DNA of 64,000 nucleotides. Origin: Novakomyces olei. Its lineage: Eukaryota. The notes under the pieces were generated by a model. The model made no database searches and was not told the origin of the DNA. It was given only the letters and a program-made list of their open reading frames with translations. The stretch covers positions 1,054,001-1,118,000 of the forward strand of contig JADEYG010000009.1 of assembly GCA_016906335.1 (NCBI GenBank), given 5' to 3'. This document shows positions 51,051-64,000 of the stretch, piece by piece. Made by a program: the position numbers and the translations under genes. Position 1 is the first letter of the stretch. Every line of letters starts with the position of its first letter.

Positions 51051-52835
51051 TTATTGCTTTCGTGTGACCGATTTTCGTTGCCAGATTTGAATATAAGTTT
51101 CCCCAAGCGACAAGAGCTCTTTCTGTACAGTGTCCACGTACAAGTCTTGAATACTGAACCATCCGCCGGTGGCCAGGTTCCGTAGCTGAATTCTAAATGA
51201 CCGCTTTTCGCCCTGTTCTGAGCTCGTTGAATCGTAGACTATATTTGCAATCAGATCGTAAAGAACCGCGGGTTCTCCTGCATTATCCGCATCTGTCTAT
51301 TTAGTCTCTGATTATTGCTCTTATTATATTATTCTTGTAGTTTTATTTTTATATTCATGTTTTCGAAAATAAAAGTTCTTGCTTACACGGGCTCATGTTC
51401 AAATTGTCCGGTGAGAAATTAACTATCGTGGGATTGCGCTCAGTCGAATAATTAGTCGCCGTAAACCGTTTCACCTGCAGTATAAGGTACGGTGGAAGCT
51501 GCTTTATACGATATTTTTTTCGAGCGCCAATAAGTTCCTGAAAGATCAGCCATGTTAACAATACACTGCCGGTTACCTGGCTCGTTCTGCCATTGTATTT
51601 CTCAAGTAGCTCTGTGAGCGAGACCTGAGGGTATGTAAACTCCTCAAGCTCATTTTGGAACAGAGGAGCTGCAGGTAAATCTAGTGTTAAAAAGAGATAC
51701 GGCGTTTCAACCACGCTTCTGGCGGGTCCCGTCATTGGCCCACTTTGCAGTGATTGACTTTCGATCAAAAGCTTTCCCTGGAAGCATTTATGAACAATAC
51801 TCGATCCTGACTTTCGCGATCCACCAGCACCAATATGGAGCTGATTCAAGAACCAGGCCATAAAGCTGGCTGGATCGGCTTGCTTGTCCATTGAAAATTT
51901 TTTGTTGCTCACGCTCATAATTTCCTGCAAGAGCTCGTGTGGGCTTACGTGAGACTTGAACGCTCGTGGGTTCCATATTTTCCGGGTTAATAAACCTAAT
52001 CTTTTCACCAGTTCTGAACAGCCTTCCAAGTTTTCCAAGATTAAATAGTTCCGCAAAGGCGAAACGTGAACAAATGCCTGCACGATAACATTCAAATAAT
52101 CATTTGCACGTATATTATTCATGCCAATATACCCTGGCAAATAAGTACGTGCGGAAATATATAAATCTCTGGAATGTATAAATAAAACAAGGGCTTACCA
52201 GGATAGTACTTTTTGTGCTCTAAATCGCGGGACACTACACCAACTTTATCAAAGCGCGCCACTTGCTGCCTTGTAAAAGTTGGATTTAAGACATATTTAA
52301 CGTCATCTAGAACATGTGATTTAATCTCATAGCCTTCAGGCAGCACGTAAATGCGATCAGATTGTAGATTTACAAATATATGATGATCGTCATTTAGAGC
52401 GTGAAAGTAGGCGTGAGATGACCGTCCGCGGCCCTGAAAGTATTTGCCACATACAAGACACGCGTAAACATTTTGATTTGATAGTGATATAGAGCACAAT
52501 TTTTCAAAATCGAAGTCTAACAGTTTCCGATTGACCTAATTGCGAAAACGTCAAGTCATTATGATTTATAATAGCATACTTACAGTCTCCAAGTACAAGT
52601 CTTTAGACAAAGGCAAGTCTGTCACATGCGGGTCCAAGAACGCGTCATTGGACTCTACGCGCTCGTCGTCTGTTAATCCATTGCCAATAGCCTTAGCATT
52701 TGAACTCGTATCGTTTTGATTCTGCTGGTCTTGTTCCGACGCTGCAGTAGCCCCATTTTCTATATCTGTACGAGCCCGTTTTAATGGAGGCGCTCGTGAC
52801 TCTGACTGGTCTACGGCCTCATTTCCTTTTTGCAT
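51051..52835 (-). CDS. SAD1: U4/U6.U5 tri-snRNP protein Sad1/USP39 (zf-UBP + inactive UCH)
   Basis: LDFDFEKLCSISLSN.NVYACLVCGKYFQGRG, GYIGMNNI.ANDY, KIWNPRAFKSHVSPHELLQ, ERNPTIVNF and ETYIQIW. Confidence 0.95.
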
Positions 52836-53448
52836 TTTATATCTGCCTTTAGGAAATGCTGCTTAAAGTGACGGCAGATTGTATGAGCTCTCTATCGCAC
52901 TAATCCACACGTTTACTCTGACGTTGTCAAGTAAGCTTAGAGCACAGTGAAGTGTACAAGTCATGCTGCATGCAAAGCCTATAAAGTCCAGCGGGCGCGT
53001 ATGATAAAATTTCATCTACAACACGGAAGCATTGAACTTTCTGGGAGCTTTCGATTTCAGCACGAGTTTTCAGTATAATCAATGCTTATAGTAAGCATTG
53101 TTAGCAAAGAGCACTCTTAGACCTTGGCTTTCAATTTGCTCGCCGAGCTGGAGGTCACCTGGTGCTCATACAGATCGTTTTACTAAAAAGATATCAAGTG
53201 AGAAAAGATGAGTTTGAATAATAAGTTACTTTGACCAATCTAACGTACGTGCAGACGCAGTGTAAGAGAGTACTAAAAGTCTATATAGCCGGCAATTTTA
53301 ATTACAGCAGTAAATTTAGAAAAAATTATTTAGATGGTTCGTGTCTTTTTAATTCTAGATTGATTTAAAACAAAATTGATACAGGCTTTATTCATTTCCG
53401 TTCACATTCCTTTTCTTTCTATGATTTATGTAGTTGGTTATTTATAGA

Positions 53449-55449
53449 CTAGACTATAGGCTTCTTGTCGCGACGAACGCCTCCCTTTTGCTGAGCAGCT
53501 TCGTGCTTTTTCAGCTCGTCTGGTACTTTAGAAGTACTTGATTTTTGAAGCATAATGCGAAGGTCGTAAAACACTTCCTGATCCTCGGGACCGAGGAAAG
53601 TGATGGCCACACCAGACTTGCCAGCGCGACCTGTCCGTCCAATACGATGCGTGTAGTCCTCAATATTCTTTGCCATATTGTAATTCAGCACAAGGGACAC
53701 ATCGGCCACATCGATACCTCGGCCAGCTAAATCAGTGGCCACTAAACAATCGGCATCTCCCGACCGTAATTTGCCCAGCGCCAATTCACGTTGTTCCTGC
53801 GATTTGCCTCCGTGCAGTGTGACCGCATTCCACCCAATTTTAGCCAAATGCTTTGAGATGTAGTCACAATTTCTCTTCGTATTAACAAAAATAATGATAG
53901 GCGGACGGAACCGGTCAGAAGCCAGTATTTCCTCCAACCTTTTAACACGTTTTTCATCTCCCGCAGTGGTCCCGCTTTGATCACGCATCATCTCTACACG
54001 CTGCTCAACCCTATCAACTGCCTGTCCTGGGTTTCCTATTGTCACAGTTGCTGGCCGACGGAGGTAGTTTCGTGCTATTTTCTCCACTGAAGGAGGGAAC
54101 GTAGCACTAAACATTATAGTTTGCCGGTAACGTTCGACTCCACCAATCATCTTAGTCATTTCCTGTGAATCCTCGGCTTCCTCCGAGTCAGGCTTTGCAT
54201 TACGCACAGGCAAGGCAGCGAGGATTTTATTTACAGATTCCTCAAATCCCAAATCGACCATACGATCTGCTTCATCCATAACGATGTAAGCACACTGATT
54301 CAGTACGAGCAAATGCCTCTCCAGACAATCAATAAGGCGGCCTGGTGTAGCAATTACAATATGAGCACCGTCATTAAGGTTAAAGGCCTGTTCCTCTATA
54401 GTGTGGCCACCAACCAGACTCACAGCTCGGTACCCCATTGGCTTAGCAAACTTGTTGGCCTCTACTTCAATCTGCTGAGCCAGTTCTCTTGTAGGCGCAA
54501 GCACAAGCGCATAAGGACCCTCTGACTTGTTTGCCGCAGTTATCGGAGGAAGCAGGGATATGTGCACAAGCATAGGCAGAATAAAAGAGGCGGTTTTTCC
54601 CGATCCAGTTTCCGCAATACCGATAAGGTCACGGTTGATAAGGCCGAGCGGGATAGTAGCTCGCTGAATTGGACTCGGTTCCTTGTATCCCACTTCGTCA
54701 ATGATACGCAAGATGGGCCGAGGAAGACCGGATTCTTTCCAGTTACGTAATGGATGAGGGATGCGTCCTCCACGCGACGAAATTTGGAAATCTTCACGCA
54801 ATATTCGCCAGTCACGATCTTTCATCATTTTCAAAGGCTTTTCCCGCCAGGACACGTCATCCCAGTTTACTCTTTCTGCATATTTTTTGCTGGCTTCCAT
54901 CAGCTGCTGAGCACGTTCCTGATCTTCTTTCCTCTGGGATTCTTCCTTGCCTCCTCTTTTTAAAGCGTCCAGTTGCGCTTTTAAACGCCGGGATTCCACT
55001 TCATGCACGTCGTATCCGCCCAACCGGCCAGTGTACTCATGACGCTTAGCATAAACAGGGTTTATAGACTCTGACGTGTCGTCTGTAGCGTCCCAGTCAA
55101 AGGTGAACTTGCGCTGTTCACCTCCATTATTTCGTCTCTTCTTTTTCTCTGCTCCTGGCTCAGGAAGGCCGAGAAACCTTCGTTTTATTTGTGCCGCCTC
55201 CTCTGACGGTAAAGGGGACTCGTCTCGTCCGCCAGTCTTGGCTCTGCCTGAGTCGTGCTTCTGCTCTTGTTCATGATTTACACCATTAGAGCCATTTGAA
55301 AGACTCGCGTTTACTTGTTGTGCTCGGCGCGCTAACGCTGCGGCCGCTCTCTCTTCTTTTGATAAGAACTTTGGTCGAGACGTTTTTGCGTCCTGTTCTT
55401 TTTTCTGACGGACCAGATCTTCCACAGATACGGGACCCTTGCGACTCAT
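53449..55449 (-). CDS. PRP28: Pre-mRNA splicing DEAD-box helicase Prp28 (intronless)
   Basis: FTFDWDATDDTS, RDWRILREDF, AETGSGKT, MDEADRM, FSAT and HRIGRTGRAG. Confidence 0.97.
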   Translation of the reverse strand: MSRKGPVSVEDLVRQKKEQDAKTSRPKFLSKEERAAAALARRAQQVNASLSNGSNGVNHEQEQKHDSGRAKTGGRDESPLPSEEAAQIKRRFLGLPEPGAEKKKRRNNGGEQRKFTFDWDATDDTSESINPVYAKRHEYTGRLGGYDVHEVESRRLKAQLDALKRGGKEESQRKEDQERAQQLMEASKKYAERVNWDDVSWREKPLKMMKDRDWRILREDFQISSRGGRIPHPLRNWKESGLPRPILRIIDEVGYKEPSPIQRATIPLGLINRDLIGIAETGSGKTASFILPMLVHISLLPPITAANKSEGPYALVLAPTRELAQQIEVEANKFAKPMGYRAVSLVGGHTIEEQAFNLNDGAHIVIATPGRLIDCLERHLLVLNQCAYIVMDEADRMVDLGFEESVNKILAALPVRNAKPDSEEAEDSQEMTKMIGGVERYRQTIMFSATFPPSVEKIARNYLRRPATVTIGNPGQAVDRVEQRVEMMRDQSGTTAGDEKRVKRLEEILASDRFRPPIIIFVNTKRNCDYISKHLAKIGWNAVTLHGGKSQEQRELALGKLRSGDADCLVATDLAGRGIDVADVSLVLNYNMAKNIEDYTHRIGRTGRAGKSGVAITFLGPEDQEVFYDLRIMLQKSSTSKVPDELKKHEAAQQKGGVRRDKKPIV

Positions 55450-55893
55450 TACGTGCGTCTTGTCGCTCCTCGTCTCGCTCTAAACCTTTTTATTTTTATT
55501 ATTATTATTATTATTATTATTCGCCGACTTGTTCCATAGTGTACGTAATGTGGACGATTGCTTATATTCTATGCAAATGTATAACCAATGAAATTCCAAT
55601 GGTAGAATAAAATATTCAATGTATACATATAAGCAGCAATAATATATTCACGTTCATCATATTTATCCATAAACAGAGCCAAAGGTCGCGCGTCCGTATG
55701 AGAGGCAACTACAGTAAAACAAGTGAAGCACGATTGACTGTCTTTTTCACGACAAATGCCAGCAACCTAGAATTGAGCCATGCATCGGCGAACGCAATGC
55801 TTTGGAGTTAAGCATTAAGCAATGCTTTACGATTAAGTTTATGTGAATGAAGCAAACGCTGGCCGTTATTAAAGGCAGTCTATTCTGCGTTAG

Positions 55894-55978
55894 ATGGCAG
55901 CAGCCGCAGTGTGTCAGGACGATAAATTTCCTGGCAAGACCGTGAAATATAGTGTCCTAATGTGAGAGATTTAACGAT

Positions 55979-56027
<49 letters not shown>

Positions 56028-58640
56028 TTTAATTATTTTATTTGTATTCGTCGAAAGTACTAACACAATCAAGACGCAAGCCGAGCTTCAAGAAGCACAA
56101 GACATGGACTGATGATGGGAGTCTTGCCGTTACGCGATCGAGATGGATTTTGAGTGATGAAAAGGGCCACAAGTAAGTTGTATGAAGGCCAAAGTAACCG
56201 TTTTGCTGGCACCATGTGCTAACAAAAGTTTGTGTACAGTGACGCGTAAAGAGGAGCCGGTACTGGAGGCAATTTATGCTCTGGGTGGCCTCGAGATCCA
56301 AGTGAGTTGAAGACATTATGGAATATAATTATAATTATAATAAAAATACTAAAGAAGAAAAAGGAAGAGGAAATGCATTGCTAACAATAGGTCGTGGAGT
56401 GTGACACATTGTACGCTGATGGAATAGACACAGAGAATCGAGAAAGCGGAAGCCTTGTGGCCTCTGAAATAGAAAATAAAGAAATAGTAAACTGTACAAA
56501 TATCACAGCAAAGCGTTCTGCCAATGGCCAATCTCTTGCAGAGCTTTTGGCTGGGACTATATCAGAGAATAACAACCCGATCACAGGGACAAGACGATCA
56601 AGACTGCCTCGGCCTGCCTTTCTGCTTCCTTTGCCTGGTTTAAAAAAACGAATAAAGCTTTCGCCACCAGATGTGAAATCCGAGTCAGACTTCGTTCTTG
56701 ATTCCATTTTTGCGGATCGTCTATATGAGTATCAAGAGGCGGGAGTCGCGTTTCTTTATCGCTGTGTCAAAGGCGGTAGCCCCGGCAGTGGGGCAATTCT
56801 GGCCGATGAGATGGGACTGGGCAAAACGGTACAGATAATATGTTTGATATGGACACTGCTGAACGAGGCGGACACTGATCCTGGTATCAAAAAAGCCATG
56901 ATTGTATGCCCTGTCTCCCTGATGACAAACTGGAAACGTGAATTCTCTAAATGGATGGGCCATGTTCGTATCGGCATTTTCACAATGGACGAGAAGAGTG
57001 ACGTTTCTACTTTTTTCTCCTCCAGATCACTGCAAGTAATGCTTATAGGGTACGAGCGGCTGCGGCAAATACAGGGGCACAGGGGCCTTGCCAAAATCGA
57101 CCTGGTTGTGTGTGATGAAGGGCATCGGCTCAAGAACGATTCTACTCAAGTAAACCAGATTTTGAACAGTCTTGAAACGCCCAGGCGGATTGTTGTTACG
57201 GGAACTCCTATCCAAAACGATCTCTCTGAGCTTTATGTAATGGCAAATTTTGTTAATCCTGGATGCCTCGGCTCGGAGAAGTCGTTTAGACGATTGTATG
57301 TGTCTCCAATAGAAAAGGGCCGGGAGTTTGGAAGCCTGCAGAGGCAAAAACGCAAAGCACAGGAGGCCAGTGCAGATCTTTGTGAGGTTTTGCAAGCTTT
57401 TTTGCTTCGACGAACCGTTAAATCTGTGCAGTCTTGCTGGAAGGGTAAAACAGAATATGTCGTGTTTTGCAGGCCGACAAACGTACAAGCAGAAGCTTAC
57501 TCTGACTTTTTGCACATTGCTGCTAATTGTGCTGGCGGCTTTGCCGCTCAATTTAAAACGATAATGAGCTTACGACAACTGGCCAGCTTTGCAGGTGCTT
57601 CCAAAAAAGCAGCGGGAGCAAATTGCAGTGCCCAAACCTGTACAGATTCTGGGAAATTAAGTGTATTGATGACCATGCTGGCCCGACTGAGAAGTCAAGG
57701 AGAAAAAGTCGTTATAGTGTCCCATTTCACATCAAGCTTGGACCGGATACAAACAGGATTAGAAGCGCAAGACGTGTCAAACTGCCGACTAGACGGCTCG
57801 ACAAAAGCATCAATGCGTCAGCAGATAGTTGATCATTTCAATAATTCCAGTATTGAGTCCTGTGCTTGTTTTTTGCTCTCTGCAAAAGCAGGCGGGCTCG
57901 GTTTGAACCTTGTGGGCGCCTGCCACATGATCATTTTTGATATGGACTGGAACCCGGCGCTTGATCAGCAGTCAATGGCACGAATATATCGCGGAGGCCA
58001 AACTCGGCACTGTAAAGTATGGAGACTTGTAGCGACGGGGACAATTGACGAGAAACTGTTCCAAAGACAGATATCGAAACTCGGACTCTCTGGGTCGCTT
58101 ATCGACGACAATGGAGGGGACTCCAATGCAAATTTTACGCAAACTGAACTGAAGGATTTGACCAATTTTAGCGCTAATAGTGCGTGTGTTACACACGATC
58201 TGCTACGCTGTGCTTGCAGTGGTGATGGCACGAATATCGTGGCCAAAGAAGGGGGAAAGGACGACAAGATGAAACTAGACGATCTTGAAAGTGATGGAGA
58301 TGAAGACGAGAGTGGGGACGACGAATCGCATGAGCGTAGAGGGTTTATAAAAGCATCGGAAGCCGTTTCAGCTTCAAGACAAATCGTAAGGCTTAAAAAT
58401 ATAAGAGAAATAAATCAGAAATAAACTAGAAACAAATTAAAAATAAATAAATAAAATTAAGAATATTTAGGAATAATTATGACGAGAACAGACAAGAGAA
58501 TATGCTAACGCAATGATCAGGATCGGGTGTTAGAACGCCGTTTAAAGTCTTGGAAGCATTACAGTTGTGATTATCCATGCCCTGTCCTCCAAGCGGCCAC
58601 CACGGCTGGAATATCTTTTGTATTTATGAAAACGGACTAG
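55894..58640 (+). CDS. RDH54: SNF2-family recombination translocase Rdh54/Rad54B
   Basis: N-terminal exon with KKHKTWTDDG; GAILADEMGLGKT, CDEGHRLKN, TGTPIQNDL, DWNPALDQQSMARIYR and THDLLRCAC; four introns. Confidence 0.9.
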
Positions 58641-58858
58641 GTAGATTAGATCATGTATATAGAAATATAATATGGCATATTTGCAAGATTCCGGCCTTTG
58701 TCAGCGTCATTTTAAAGCATTGTACAGGCGGCGGATAAATTCAGCAATTCTTGTCAGTATCGTCTGTATGAATAGACGTTTGTGTTGCGCGTAAACTAAG
58801 CAGAGGGACTATGTAAGTAACAATCTGCTCGTATGGCTTCATTGGGAGGTTTATGGTC

Positions 58859-58871
58859 AGGGTTAGGGTTA
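58859..58871. promoter_or_regulatory. AGGGTTAGGGTTA telobox upstream of SAC3
   Basis: About 120 bp upstream of the ATG at 58991. Confidence 0.55.
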
Positions 58872-58990
58872 TCTGTCTACCCTCTCATAATAAGAGCACG
58901 GGCCCCGTGAATATAGCCATGCCAAGTAGTATAACAGTGGTATTATTGCCATAGCAGACTGACACTCGACGCTGTAGTCATGTGCGACAG

Positions 58991-62587
<3,597 letters not shown>

Positions 62588-62918
62588 TGTATGATTATTG
62601 ACCACAGCATGTATATACACCTTATTAAAACTGCCGATATAATAAGATTAGTTATTAATTAGCTTTAAAAAAGTAAAACATAATCAATCTCTAATTATTT
62701 TCAACGTATTATTCTATATAAATGGAATTATTATAATATGAGGCCCATCATGTTACATAGCAAAGTGGTTGGGATTGTTATCTAAAATAAATAATTCTTT
62801 TTCGATTATTAAACCTGATAATATAATTGATCTTCGTATCTTGTATGCCTCAAAATAACAATCACTGAAGTTTATTCTTTTTTTAAAAGCTGGCCGATCT
62901 TGACGCAGTATAGAATAG

Positions 62919-64000
62919 ATGGCAGCTGATTCTAATGGCATTTCGCCATTATCAAATGAAAAAGCGGAAGCATTCAAGGCAGAAGCAAATGCTGAGTTAA
63001 AAAAGGGCAACAACAGCAAAGCAATCGAGCTTTATACGAAAGCTATAGAACAAGATGGCACCAAAGCGGTCTATTATGCAAACAGGGCAATGGCTCAAAC
63101 GAAATGCGAATCTTATGGTTTAGCTATTGCAGACGCTACTGAGGCAGTGAAGCTTGATTCTAATTATTTAAAGGTATGAATTGTTTTGGTTTAAGGTTTT
63201 TTGTTTTAATTTAATCTAATTTTGTTGTTTAATCTCAATTTTTACTCTTTTCATTTTTTCATTTGTTTAAATCACGACCACTGACAATTAAAGGGCTATT
63301 ATCGAAGGGCTGTAGCACATATGGCGATTTTCCAACCGCGGGCTGCTTTGAAGGATTTCAAGACTGTATCTGCTCGAATGCCCAATGACGCTTTGGCACG
63401 ACAGCATGTCGCGGACTGTGAAAAAATCGTCAAGCGTTTAAATTTTGAAGCTGCTATTCAAATGGACGAACCACCTTCTGCGGCCGACGGGATTCGGCTC
63501 GAAGTTATGGGTAAGAAATCCCTTTCCTCTTTTATGAACGTTTAAAAACCCAAATTAAAGTCAGCACAATTTTTTTAATTTTCTGCAATCGCGACCAGTA
63601 CTCTAAACAATACAGTGGTACCAGACGATTACGATGGCAAACGCTTGGGAGACGAAATGAACCTTGACTTTATCCAAGACATGATTGAGCGGTTTAAAGC
63701 TGGCAAGAAGCTTCCACTGAAATATGTGTATCAAATCGTTCTAGCGACGATGGATATTCTCCGTTCAGAGCCACCTTTGACAGAAATCAAAGTGGAATCC
63801 GGAGAGGAAGTAATCGTAGTCGGGGACACCCATGGCCAATTCTTTGATTTGCTAAACATTTTCAAACTAAATCAAATGCCTTCGGCTCATCGTATGTATG
63901 TCTTTAATGGGGATTTTGTGGACAGAGGCTCTTGGAGCACAGAAGTTGCTCTGTTACTATACTCCTTGAAATGGCTTTTCCCCTCACGATTCTTTATGAA
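62919..64000 (+). CDS. PPT1: TPR-containing Ser/Thr protein phosphatase 5 (partial, runs off window)
   Basis: TPRs (AIELYTKAIE, YYANRA, KGYYRRA), then the PPP motifs GDTHGQF and FNGDFVDRGSWS. Confidence 0.95.

Overview
Gene-dense, intron-rich ascomycete fungal nuclear DNA. Short introns, CTRAY branch points close to the 3' splice site and frequent AAG acceptors suggest a Taphrinomycotina-like organism, but that placement is inference. I can reconstruct about 29 protein-coding genes, mostly housekeeping: PTM1, a GT90/CAP10-like glycosyltransferase, a C2-domain protein, a GH63-like glucosidase, SER2, FYV4/mS41, DPH4, RPC17, mitochondrial uS12m/uL13m/mL59, RRN11, ALG10, PalF/RIM8, GPI10, CSA/RAD28, TRM140, ATG1, COQ10, a PITH protein, SAD1, PRP28, RDH54, SAC3 and PPT1. 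There is also an intron-containing tRNA-Leu(AAG) and two box C/D snoRNAs. One snoRNA is snR68-like, sits inside PTM1 intron 1 and has a second guide that may pair with U2 snRNA. The other is snR60/U77/U80-like and is enclosed in a long stem. Other notable signals are TTAGGG telobox elements about 60-130 bp upstream of several start codons, a Kex2-type pre-pro small secreted Cys protein, two unexplained spliced or structured islands, and simple-repeat expansions in many intergenic regions. I found no mobile element, rRNA or CRISPR array. All homology calls come from remembered motifs, not database searches.
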